From Auanema rhodensis (Eukaryota > Animalia > Nematoda), in assembly GCA_964057225.1 (NCBI GenBank), contig OZ059898.1:15748001-15812000 (forward strand): a stretch of DNA of 64,000 bases, given 5' to 3'. Position numbers and translations under genes: made by a program. Below are positions 39,029-52,472 of this stretch, piece after piece. The notes under the pieces were generated by a model that had not been told where the DNA came from, made no database searches, and was given only the letters and a program-made list of their open reading frames with translations. Every line of letters starts with the position of its first letter. Within the stretch, counting starts at the first letter, position 1.

Positions 39029-39257
39029 GGCTGATTCACTACTTCATTCCTTTTCAATGGTTTTTCTTTATCTTTTTTTCATAACAGAAACTTTCATCTT
39101 TCATATTCTAAGTGCTTAAGAACTTGAGAAAATGCTAAAACTTTAAATGAATTTCTTCAAGTTTAAAGCAGTTTATACATAACGATGTTTCAATTTTAAT
39201 CAAGAGCATAATCTTGTTTTTTACTAATTTCCGTTTAAATTTGAACAACTGTTCAAC

Positions 39258-39343
39258 TCACGTACACTCTAGTCAAATGAGTTTCACGTGAAAGTGCACG
39301 TATGGTCAATGTGCATTAACCATTTGACGTAAAAGTTCACGTA
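39258..39343. promoter_or_regulatory. Cluster of five ACGT-core motifs
   Basis: TCACGTA 39258, TTTCACGTGAAA 39282, GCACGTA 39296, TGACGTAA 39325, TTCACGTA 39336. Confidence 0.5.
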
Positions 39344-40783
39344 GATCAACTAGAACATACATCTAAACTGAGACACATGTTTCAGTTTTCTTTTTGTCTC
39401 CAAATGTATTCCAAAGCATTACGCAGCTGTCTATCTTGCTCAATGTATGTATTTTTCTATTTTTAATATTCAAATTGATTATTCTGAATATGAAGATGAA
39501 GTTGAACAATAGATTCGGGAATGAGGAAGAGGTACTAAATGAAATTATCTTAATACATGAGACTTCATCAAGTAGATCAAGCTCACTACTGAGCTTCTGA
39601 AGGCTGCTTTCAGCTTCCTTAGCCTTCTGTTCAGGTCGTTATGGACAGCATGAAATGCCTTTGGATGCCGGACAGGAAGAAACGAACTATGTTTTCGTTA
39701 TAATGAAGGTCTGCTGAATACTTGAAAAGGTTCTGCGCGTGCACGTCTTTTGTCTATTTTTCTTCAGCCTCCCCCTTCCCTCCTTCCCTCCTTCTCTCTC
39801 TCTTTCTCTATCTCTCTCACTCACTCTCTTCACCTCTTTTGCTCTTTTACACTCTATACATATACTGGCATAAAACTCTTGAATTGCCTGATCTTTATGT
39901 TTCTTAGTGCTTTTGAATGTTTTGAACTACATAATGCTTTGCTTTCTTTATAAGCTACCAGCCCACCTGCTCTCCCAACTTTACGTTCTATGTACCTATT
40001 TCTTCTCATAAATTACCAATTGTTGGCATTGTTTCAGTTTTTTGTTTGTATTCCCAATATGTCACATGATGCAAAAGCAACATCAACAAACTGTGTGACG
40101 AAAATTGAAAATTGTTAATTTTCCCAGCACATTATCCAGATGTCAGTTTAGTTGCAGAAGAGAGGGGTCGCCTACGGCTCAGAATAAAGTAGCCAGTGTC
40201 AAAAGTCACCTTTGGTATCCTCATATCTAGCTGGTTTTCACCTTTTAAATAATTTTCTTTTTTCTTCTTCTAAATTTCTTTTCTCTCTCTCTTTCTCTCT
40301 GTCCCTCCCTCTCTCTTTATATATTTTTCTCTTATAATCGTTTTATTCAAGTCCACTTTGAACATCTTCCCAGGACAATTATACTTTAACCTCTTGTGGT
40401 GTCTTTTAGTTATATCCTATCTTGTCGCACTTCTTGTTTCTCTATCACGTCGTGTACCTCTCTCTACACTCCAGATGATGATGATGATGATGATGATCGT
40501 TTCCGAAGCTATTGTGGGTCAAACGTTCCAACTGGATAGAGACCAATAATGAATGAGAGAATTTTGAAGAGAAAATAGTGGAAAAATGAAAAAATGCGAA
40601 ACATACTAGATATACTTCACATTAAACATAAAGAAACATTGTACATACAGTGTTGTTGTCAATCTTGAACTTGTTTTCTACAGTTTTACATCCGGACTTT
40701 CTGTCGTCATTGAAAAATTAAATCCGCTTATGGATGTGTAGTCCATTTGCCGGTCTCTCTCAATTGTTTCTTCTTTCTCGTTC

Positions 40784-40785
<2 letters not shown>

Positions 40786-40842
<57 letters not shown>

Positions 40843-40848
40843 TTCTCT
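40786..40848. repeat. (CT)n microsatellite
   Basis: Dinucleotide run. Confidence 0.9.
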
Positions 40849-42249
40849 TCTACCACCATTTCTCTCTATTACCTCTCTTCATACTCAATACCTTTAGTTC
40901 ATTCCTTCTCACTAACTATTCTATTGAATTTTTGTATTCTATGAATAATACTTGTCAAATACATTATTATATTTGGAAAATTTGTGTCATTCTAAATACA
41001 CCAAACCTTTTCTATATTTTTGGAAATTCTACTGAATCTCCTATAAGCATTTGTCTGATAACTATAGAAACATATATTTATATCTAACTATACTCTATCT
41101 ACAACTTGAAAATGATTCATCTATTAGCTTTACAACATTTTTTCTTATCTTATCTTTAATCTTTTAATTTTTTTCAATATCTCTCACCTTCTATTCATTT
41201 TCAAAACAAGCATGGCGCATCTAAGTTCATCGATTTTCAGTTTAAAAACGAAACATAATCTACAACAACCTAGTAAGCAGTAACCTTTTTTTTATTATTT
41301 TCAAACCAGCTCTAGTATATGAAAGTAGACATTACTAGTCATATGAAACCAAAAACCAAATGGCCTAACATGTTTCCCTTTTACCCCCTCTGGCAATTTT
41401 TTCTTTTTGCACTTTGCTAGAAAACCAAATGTCTCGCCCGTATGAGCACTAGCAGTAGGCTTTTTTTCCTTTTTTCTTTTTTTTTGTGAATTCTATATGG
41501 TTTCTCTCCATCTTTTGCACTCTCTTTTCACGCAAGTGCTCTCAAAAATATTCTCATTTTCAATTCTTTTGACACTAGAAGCTTATTTTTGAGCAACAGC
41601 TCTCGGTCTTTCGTCTTGTAGAAGTTTTTTTGAGTTCAACAATGGGGTGAAAAAAAGAGATGAAAATTGCTAATAAAGCATGTGAAATCCGCTTTTTGAA
41701 CTTTCTGCTCAAGAGATTAGGTGAGGTATTACTGTGTTCTGTGTTTTCTGAACTTTCTTTTCCATATTTCGACAATTAAAATTTGCAGTATTCAAGTTTT
41801 TAGGTATGTCTATATGTTTCAACATCTAGTTTATACTTCATCAATTTTTTCATCAAAGTCCCTCCTCTTGGAGTTAAATGTGCAAAAACTTTAAAATCTC
41901 CCTCTTGCACAGTGTGTATTATGATTTTCTTTTACCTTCCCCCCGGACAGAATACAAAAAAAAACACGTTGAAACGTTTTGTTGGCACACATTATCGTAG
42001 ACCGGTTAGTTGTATGGCTCCAACTATCATCTTTTCTCATAAAAACCTTGATATTCTCTCTCATATGCTCACAATCTCTATGTGTCTGGTCTGCAGAGCA
42101 GTTTCACAATTCTGGAATCCGGAAGAGAACAGATGAAACACGCACGGCCATAGATTGCAACACAAACAAACAAACAAACGGAATAGAAGATGATGATTAT
42201 GATGACGAGGAAAAGCAAAAGAGGACAAGAGAGGCAATGATGGTTCAAG

Positions 42250-42258
42250 GAGAGAGAA

Positions 42259-42337
<79 letters not shown>
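42250..42337. repeat. (GA)n microsatellite
   Basis: Long GA run. Confidence 0.95.
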
Positions 42338-45300
42338 AGGGTAATGCACAAAGAAAGTAAAGGAAATGATGAAGCTAACATAAGTAGCAGAATAATAGTA
42401 CTGTTTTTAGCTTCATCTTCAGTTTTTTAACAGCAAAGTGATTTCGATCTTAATTTAAGAAAATCCATGTGAAGCATTTCAGATGAAAAAAGGTTATTTT
42501 CAATAAAGAAAATGCTTAAAGAAGTAATATTCAGCATAATTAACATCATTTTCATCTATTACCTATTACCATACATGTTTTCTTCATTCTTTTTCTAAAC
42601 TTTTTTTCTTCAAAAGGTGATATAAGTTGAAAAAAAATAGAATAGATCTGGATACATAGGAGTGAACATGATGTATATTCATTAAAACTAGTTAAAATTC
42701 ATTTGTATATATTACATATGTATATTATATATACTATATATTATATGATATATGCTATTTTCTTCATTTTTTTTGTCTTTTTCTTTCTCTTTTTCCCGTT
42801 ATATTCTATTCTTCAATTTCTTCAAACAGCTAATGAGGAAATACAAAACCTTTCGTTTTTTTGTTCGTCCCCCCTTTCCCCTCTCACTCTTCTCGCAGCT
42901 CTCATACTTTCTGTCCTATTCATAGAGGAAAAAAAATAAGTTTTCATTCAAAACTAAACAAGAAAGGCGGGAGAGTCGTTTGACATGCAACTGGGCAAAC
43001 GTTTCCAATTTTTCCTATTTTTCAGTTTATACCTGGCTTTCCCTCTCTCTCTCTATCTCGCGCGCTCTCTCTCTTTCTCTTTTTCATTTTTTATCCTTTT
43101 TCTCTCTTCTATTCCCGTCATCTTTCTGCAGCTTTCTTTCATTTCGCTTTTTATTCAGAACTTCAGTTGGCAATGCTTGAGTCATGTGTTTATTCAAGCT
43201 ACGACATGGACTTGTTTGCTTTTGAAAAGCTTTTCTATTTACCCAACTTATCAATGGCAGAACTGTGTGTTTCAAAGCCATTTTTGCTATTTCCTTCATC
43301 TTCTTGCATCACTCACTGCCCTTTTTTGGAAAAGCACACGAGAAAAACTCCAATCAAACGTAAAGCCAGCAGTTGTATGAACGTCATTTCAGGAAGGATA
43401 TTACACATCTTTCAATATTCGATCATTTCTTCTAATATATGCTTGTTTATCTCTCTAAATCAAACGAATAACAATGCTCATTTAGATGCGCTTCTCAACT
43501 TGATATTCCGTTTCTATAATTCTTCTCGTCTTTAATCCGTCATTGCTCATTATCATTGATTTCTATTATGATTGGAAAGAAAAATGAATAATACTGTTCT
43601 TTCTACTTACTTGTTCCATTACTCAAAGCAATCTTCTCTTTCATATTAAGAAGATGAGCTGAAACTTGAAAAAACTTTGATTGTAGCTTGTTCTGCTATT
43701 TCTCACCGCTCCCTTCCTTCATAGGTCATACTATTGTGGCTGTGTTTTTACGATGCATTCTCTTTGCTCTCTGCTTCTACTATCGAACATTTTCTTTTTT
43801 TTCTTTTTCATATTCTACTTCGTCGTATTGATATCATGACGTCAAACATTTTTTTTATATTTCAGGGTTTGAGCCAACATGCTGTTACGATGCTTTGAAT
43901 TGCAATTGCGATGACGAAAATCCACCTGAGATCACAATACTCATGCCCATCGTTATCCTCATTCCACCCGCATTCAATTTCCCATAACTTTTCTATAATC
44001 CTATTAAGAAATAATAGGAATAGTAAGATTTTTTTGACTAAAAATTGAACTTCTCTTCGTCCTACTTTCCTCATATTCAAGAACATGAAACAATTTGAGT
44101 GTATGTTTAGATATTCACTTTCTCAATCAGCCGCATACCAGCCTGTTTCGCGCTCACGTCGTCGTCAATTTCCTCTAATATATCGCCCAAAACAGAATTG
44201 TCACACCTTTTCACTCATTTCATTTGCTTCGGACACAGCTCCTGTACGTACTGTACAGCCGGCCTCAATCCGGATTCGTCGGCCTTTCGTCATGTATCCA
44301 GAATACACTATTGAGTGTCTTCCTTCTTCGACCTTTTCCACATATCACCATCGTTGTCGTCGTCGTTGTCCTCTACTTGAGCGACACATCATCGTTATGG
44401 CTATTCTAATTTCTGTAATTCCTTTCAACGACATCGTCGTTGTTGTGTTTCTCATCATCCAAGTTGTCATCATCATGTAGTTTGTGAAACATTTGTCGGT
44501 TGTCGGTCGGTCGGTCGGTCGTCCATCGCACGTGGCCGGATCCGACGACCTATTTTCGCCCTCGGGGCCAGTACAACGAACACCTTCATGCATGTATTTG
44601 TATCTCTTCAATTTATATATTCTCTCGATCATCTTTTAACCGCATCAAATCTATGTATATGTATTTCTACTTTGTCCAGTATCGTATACGATCCACATTT
44701 TCAGTCAGAGCCTTTCACTTCTCCTTTCTCATTCAACTCTCTGATCCTACTTCTCTATCTCTCACTCATCCTCTTAGTCAGCGTCTTAATCAATTTAATT
44801 TCTCTTTCATTTTCCATTTAAATGTTTATTTTTATCTGAGTTCATTTAAAACATTTGAATTTCTTTCATCAAGTTGGCGTCTTAACTTCAAACTTCACGT
44901 TTTTCACGTTTCAATCAAAGGTAAGACTATAGATCATTCTTCGAGTGATAAGCAGGATGAACGGTTGTTTCTATATTTATTCCAAGTGTTTCCACTACAT
45001 TTCATTCTCTGTTTTTCTGATTTCTCGTTTTTTTCAATTGAATTGCCACAAAGCTTCACGATCTTCATGCTACTACTCCGCATGTCCTGTGTTTCTAGAC
45101 CCTACACTACTACTCTCATGAGCTTCACCTTATTCATCCGAATATTTTATCATGACGTCAACTCACCATCGTGCCTCCTTTCGCTTTCTGTCAACTTTGC
45201 GAAACTTCAACTTAGCCACCTCTCAAAACGATCATTCCAAACTAGGTCATGCTGTCCTCAAACGCCTGTCTATAGCCCTACTGCACGTTTGTTCTGTTTT

Positions 45301-47185
45301 CCGAATTGTTACCATAACACGGTGGAAACTCTTAGAAACATACGAACATACATACATATACTATCTGAAATTGAACCATCGTACCCATTATGATCTCTCG
45401 TTTGGCCTGAATCTTGAAGCCAAATCAAGATGATTCAATGAAACTAAGTCTGAATCAACTCTATGCCAACTACCTTCAAATCCTAATTACCTGTCTATAT
45501 TCAATAAAAAAAAGCCAAAAAAAAGTATTTATCAAATGAAACTTCATATATGTTATTTAGGTCGCGTTATTTAAACTTTGTCACCTCCTCTATGTCTATC
45601 TATCAGTTTATCATTTTTTTTTATTTTGAACTTGAATTGATCTCATTATTTTCTGCTCGTCGTGTCTCCAAATAACATCAAGGTAATTGACCTCTTCTCC
45701 TCCTATTTTTTTAATATTTTTTTATACTTTTTACTATTAGCTATTCCACTTATTTTGTGACATTTTATAGGCTTTAACCGCAGTTTCATTTTACTTGGCT
45801 TGTTTGACCTTGTTTTTTCCAACTTTGAATACAGCAATTAGATGTCTGAACGACACATGAATCCCATATTCTCATTTAATTCTGAATTTTATCAGAATCA
45901 TCACGGTACCGTTTGATGGTTGAATCAATTCCTCTTCATCATGCTATCATCATCGTCTTACTATCATTTTATTGTTGCCCCGTGTCATGATTGTCATGTC
46001 TAATATTCTTAGGCGAAATCTTAATTTCATCATTTTTCAGGATTTGCATCCATCAGACGTTGCTTCATCGTCAAGAGTTCGGAGTTAAAGCTAACGACTA
46101 GATAGCTCAATAGAATTGAACTGAAGTAACAATGCCTTGTCAGTCTTGGCTGGCATTTCATTTGGCATCCCATTTTCTGAAACTTTTTCATCAATTTCAT
46201 GATGTTTCACATAGCATTCTCATGTTTCAAATAGTTTTCATGAGACGCGAAACACTAAATTTCAAAAAGATTTCAGTTTTTTGCATTTATAGTCTCAGCA
46301 TATCATGCACAAGTTTCACAATCTTGTTCTGGTAATCATATTGACATACATATACGTATGTATGTTGCCATATCATGTATATGCCCGACAGCAATGAGTA
46401 GTATCATTAGCCATCATCGTTAAACTAAACCAGCAAAAGCTTTATGCTTCAACTTTTGTTTCTTCTATTCTTAACATTTGTCTTCTCGATAGTCTCATCA
46501 ACAACCTTTTCCTTCTTAGTCTTCATATGTTTCTATCTTTACGTTTTCATGATGAGAAAGCTGAAAACGGCAAAACTTGATTAGCCAACATACATCATTG
46601 ATGTCTTTTCTGCCAAAGATAAACTATTGTCTCTCTTTCTCCTCCTCTTTCTCTCTATTTCCTCTATTCTCGTCTGTGACTTATACAGGTTTCACAACAA
46701 TTTATCGAGATTTTATGCCATTTCTCGAAAAGCTTTTCATATGTTTCTTCTTTTGAATATCAACCAAGTTTTCAACGCTATCACATAATGATAGTTAAGT
46801 TAATATATATAAGAATGAAAAACTTTTATAAAAATCAAAAGAAATAGTATTTTACTTAAAACTTAATTGTTTTTCTTTCTCGTCTGATTCATATCTAATA
46901 TTAAAATATTTAAAAAAATGATGAAATGAGAGAATTCCAACATATCTTCAGCTCTTCAATGAATGAATTCTCGGCGATATGATCATTTTCTTCGAAGTTT
47001 TTGCACGTAAGATCAATCAAACTAACTATGATAATGGATGTTTGTTGATTGAACTTGAAATAGAATATTTTCATTTTCTGACACGTATATATCTACGAAC
47101 AAGCTGATAATCTATTATTTCTTTCTATTGTTCTTGTAGTTTTTATAAATTTCTCTCATCAATTACCTATCTATCACCTAATTAA

Positions 47186-47238
47186 TCACGTGCGTCATAT
47201 TTCACGTACACGTCAAATCGTATGACGTGACACGTGAA
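47186..47238. promoter_or_regulatory. Densest ACGT-core cluster (five motifs in 53 bp)
   Basis: TCACGTG 47186, TTCACGTA 47201, CACGTCA 47209, TGACGTGA 47223, CACGTGAA 47231. Confidence 0.55.
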
Positions 47239-47955
47239 TGAATATGAAAGCTTTGTGTTGAAAGATTTTTATTTCAAAGTTAGCAAGTGCTTGCAAGTAT
47301 TCAACTCAACTATCATCTGAATCATTGAAAATAGCTCAAAAACATGATGTTCTCATGTATTATGTGAGTAAAATGTCATCACTTTGCCGACTAAGTTTCA
47401 TAATTATCGTGTTTCTCTCATTTTTTTCTCCCGAATTAACCGCTCAACCAACTCTAATAAATTCCGCTTAGATTTTCATGGAATTTCACTTCCGTTTGAG
47501 GTTGCATCTATGACAACTCCAGCACACTAGATGTTCAACAACAAATCTCATGTCTACCATTAAGACATCACTTTTAACCTATCGATATAGAGACAGCCCA
47601 AATACAACGATCATCTGTTTTGAGAAAATAGTTCAAACGGCTTGGCTTGTTTGTCCAAACAGCCCTAACACAATTGTCCGTGTGACCTTTTTAGGGGCAC
47701 CAGAATCACACAACCAGCACTACCATCATGCGGAAAAATCACCCATCCTCCACCTGCCCGATTATTGTATTTTGTTTCTTCTTTTTTTTCATCGTCTTCT
47801 TCTTCTTTTCATCTCTTTTTCCCCTCTCACCCTTTTTTTCTCATTTGTCTCTCCACTCAATCTCTTCTATTCTCTGCATTTTCTAAGTATTATGATTAGA
47901 CGTCGTCAATGTTGTCATCCTTGTGTTCCTCTCTATTTTCTTCTTCTTCTACTTC

Positions 47956-48070
<115 letters not shown>

Positions 48071-49242
48071 TTGCCTTCTTTATCTACATCTTTAACTTCT
48101 TCTTGTATCTTTATATGTAAAATCTGCATCTCTCCATTCAGCACTTTCTATCATTTTCCTTCCGTTTTCCCATTTTTTGCGACAATACGATTTCTTAAAA
48201 TGGGGCGGGACAACCAAAACAGTGACTTCTCATCGGAAAGTTGCAGGTTTCTTAGGTCGTTTTATCAGTCTGTTTATTTTGAAAATTATTTTCTTGTTTT
48301 TAATTTTTTTATTTACAAACTTCAACAAAATTATTTTCACTTTTTCCATTTTTGATACTGTCTAAAAGCTTTTTTAAGCTTATTGTCTCAGTATATATGA
48401 CATTGTATTCATTTCTCTGTTTCTCAGAATAATCTTTCTCTGTGTGCCACTCTTCCTTATCGTGAATCTATCATGGCACGTGTTTTCTTAACGAATCCTG
48501 ATTAAATTCTTGATTTTCTCGAAGTTTCCCATCCAAAAATTCATAAATGTAATAAAAAGCGTGATGAATTCTTAACTTTCTTGTATGCCCTTCAAACAAC
48601 AACCAAACTTCTCTTGTCAATTATTTCATTCTAGAAAAAACGAGGAAGAAAAGTACAGAGACAAAGAATTTAAAGCAAACTCTTCCTCTCTAAAAACTTT
48701 ATTTCTTCCAGTTCTATATCGTCATATGTATAAGCAATTCGAATTATTCATTTATATAACACACAGTGTCCTCCTTTTCCTTCTAAATCCTGTGTGTTAA
48801 TCGTTAAGTCGCCAACAATTTTTTCGTATTTATTTCGCAATTGACCTTTTTTGACCATCCTCTGTCCTTCTGATGACTGCTGGGGGGTGGATGGTTGTTG
48901 CAATTGAAACTCTCAGATTCGAACTAAAAGTAACAATCAACTTAACACATCATTATTGGATGAAACAAAAAAAACATCAAAGTTTCTATCTCTCTACCTT
49001 TACATACTAATGTGTAGCATGTGTCATACATTCAATTCTGTTTTGTCAAGATCTGAGCACATTCAGAAGCATATACAGAAGAATATGAATACGACAAGAC
49101 AAGCTGATTTGACCATTATTGTACAGATTCTTTCATTTGATTGTTGCCCCCTGATTTTCATTAATAGTTCACAGTATCAGGAAGTATTGCTCATGATAAC
49201 TGATCCCATCCTCTAACCTTTCGAGATCAAAAAGCTAGAGAG

Positions 49243-49274
<32 letters not shown>

Positions 49275-49847
49275 GAGAATGGGGGGTTCTCTTAGCGACA
49301 AAATCAAGATTGAACAAAGACTATGACGAACTTCCTTCTAGGAAATGTTATGAAACAGCAGTGAAATCAAGAATAACTTCTAATTTCTGTTATTTTTATC
49401 AGAAAAAATAATTTATTATGGTTAAGAAGGGTGGTTGAAATATCTTTTCGTATCGGTCCATTCATAAACCTAAGCGAATGTCTGAAAGTCTATTGAATGC
49501 TTCGAAAAATAAAAAAATTGTCATGACTGTTTGGAATGCAGGAGAGAAGAATAACTGAGTTAAAAAGTTAATGACGAGGACGTATAGGTCATGTCTGTCT
49601 GATGCTGATCTTGCTGCTGCTACTGCTGCTAGTAGTTGGCTGGTATCTTCAGTCGCCATTTTTTCTTCGTTCACCATCCATTATTTTTTCGTTTATCTAT
49701 CTGTTCTTTGCTTCCGCACTACTGTGTGTTTTGACGCTATTTCTATTCCGATCACCAATTTTCGTTGTCTGATTCGGTCATTCTTTGTGAAGTGAACTAG
49801 AGAAATCAGAAATGTTTTTAATATAACTCATAGTATATTGCTTCCTT

Positions 49848-49887
49848 TCTCTCTCTCTCTTTCTCTCTCTCTCCCTCTCTCTCTTTC

Positions 49888-49935
<48 letters not shown>
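49848..49935. repeat. (CT)n microsatellite
   Basis: Interrupted CT run. Confidence 0.9.
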
Positions 49936-49938
<3 letters not shown>

Positions 49939-51816
49939 CATTTGATACCTCTATATCACAATCATAAAACTCATGTGAAACATATCTAAAAACTCCATAT
50001 TATCGTTCTTTCATTACGAACGTAGAATATATGTTTTCATAGCATCGACGACATCACTGACCGATTCGAACTCTCCAAAATGATCTCATTATCATTCTCA
50101 TCATCGTCTGCATAGTATCAATGTTAATAGTGTATGTAATCAGAAACCACTCGTCGTCTTTATTGATGTGATGATGTCAACTCTGTACCGATTAGTTCAA
50201 TATACGGATACAGTTTATTCTGAAACTACATATTCATACATATATACATACATACATGTCCATAGAACGACAATTGCTATCCTTCTGATGACCAAATTGA
50301 CGTGAACTGTATGTCTGTCTAACTGAATTGATTGAATTCATTTCAAAATCTATCATTTATGTTTTAAGGTATGCTATCCAAAAATATATAGAAATTGAAA
50401 ACATTCTTGCAAAACCAAAGAGGAGATCGAAGCGAGAGATGAAAAACGTTGCGAGAACAATTTATAAGGAATTTGATTAGATGAGAAAAGAATTTCATTT
50501 TTATTCTTCATCATCATCATCATTTTGAACGATAAGAGTATGAACTTTTGCTAATATCACAGAGATAAAACTATTATTAGTCGTTGATAATTAATTAAAA
50601 TTACATATAATATTATAATGATTATATACAAATTATATAATATATTTGTAGTTATATATGTATATATGAGTATAGTTATATTTTACATATAAATCTGTAT
50701 ACACATACATACAATCAGACACATATATATCTTTGAATTTTCAATTTTTGAAACTTCTAAACCATATAATATACTTGAAAAATGAGAGAGTAAGAATATA
50801 GAGAATAGAAAAAGCTCAAGATAATGACGAGATACTACATGTAAAAGGAGTTGCACATACATACATACACATGCATACATTGTAGCTCGAACGGGGAAAT
50901 GATACAATGAGCTGTGCTCAAGCTGAATAAAAACATCATCTACGATCATTAAATTCAAGAAATGCCCATATATCATTTGGTAATAATTCTATAAATATAT
51001 ATTGGAACATAAAGATATATAATTCTTAATTATATGTATACATATACATATATAGTTATAAGAAATATCGTTTATACCTTTAATACATATATTTAGATTT
51101 AAACTAACAATGTTCACCAACTTCCCTCTCTTCTATTTCCAAGTATTTCTTACCAAATCTCCTTTTTCAGTACTTTATTCACCACAAATTATATGGATGT
51201 TAATATTAGATCTCAAGCATTAAAGCATTCCTCCTTTTCTCTTTTACTCTCCCACCTTCATCAATCCCTCCCTCATACCCTTCATTATCTTCTCTCTATA
51301 AGATCAAACAACAAAAATATTTTTTTTTCTCTGAAAACGCTTTGTTCATTACATCTAGTAACCATATATGCATGTATCATATACATATGTATAGATGTCG
51401 ATGTCGTATATCACCTGCTAAGTCTAACCGTTGATACACGTATTGATGACTTTCTTTTTAAATATTATTTTTATATATTTTAGTATAGTATTTCTCAAAT
51501 CTTACCAATATATCTTTCTTTCTTTCTCTCTATCTTTTTCTTCTTTTTTTTTTCATTTTCGAGATGCTTATGCACAAGTCTACTAGCATATAATCTGCTT
51601 TTCGTAATTTGTGGTCAAGAATTGCAAAGAAAAACAACTTTTGTCATGAATTACACAGCGTTTTCGATGCTTCTTTACCTTTTTTCATTATATGTTCTCT
51701 GTCATTTTTATTCTATGCTCTCTTAGGCAATAAACAAATAACAATAGTCTACAACAGCTCTACTGCTTTCCTTACTCTGCGGTTGTTGAGCCAGCTATTA
51801 ATTAAGAGAAATCTAA

Positions 51817-51817
<1 letters not shown>

Positions 51818-51881
<64 letters not shown>
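51818..51881. repeat. (GA)n microsatellite with GATA variants
   Basis: Dinucleotide run. Confidence 0.9.
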
Positions 51882-52428
51882 AAGGGTTAGTAGAGAAATA
51901 TAAATCAGATGTTATGGTTTTCATTTTTAGATAACTATCATATCATTCAATAGTTTATAACTAAGTTAGATATGAATAAGTCATATTGTTTTTCACACCA
52001 TAACAACAATACAATGAATATAATCATATAGATAGATACATTCATACATAGTAGATAGATATATGGTTAGATATATAGATGATATATATATATATATAAT
52101 ATAAAAGATATAGCTAAATATCAGTTATCATATCATCCAACTAGTCTCTTTTTGTCTTTTTTTTTCTTTTCTTCTATTAACACCCTATTTTCAGAATAAA
52201 AATATTTCATCAAATAGATACTTTATGAAAATTACTTGAAAAAATCTGTCTTATCAGATATATATTATATCAATGACGACAAAATAATAATTGTATATGC
52301 AACCGTTTAATATTTTTTTCAATTCTAGAATATCTTTTTCACGTAATTCTCACGTATATTTAAATTAAAATATCTATATTTATGCTAATTATCTTATTTC
52401 GTCTAATAAGCTAAGCTTTTCAAATCGA

Positions 52429-52431
<3 letters not shown>

Positions 52432-52469
<38 letters not shown>
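52432..52469. repeat. (CT)n microsatellite
   Basis: Dinucleotide run. Confidence 0.9.

Positions 52470-52472
<3 letters not shown>

Noticed and set aside
20159-43950. miRNA seed-like strings (TGAGATC at ~20159, 23889, 43927; AGGCAAGA at ~37565; TGGAATGT at ~32462)
   Set aside because: No match to known mature sequences beyond the seed, and no complementary arm to form a precursor hairpin.
44500-45393. 297-aa ORF
   Set aside because: Non-ATG start inside a (TCGG)n repeat; F/S/L/I composition mirrors the pyrimidine skew; intronless in a genome with very frequent introns; no recognisable motif.
49462-49677. Minus-strand ORF MVNEEKMATEDTSQLLAAVAAARSASDRHDLY...
   Set aside because: Its protein-like look comes from a short (GCA)n run; no good donor or partner exons found.
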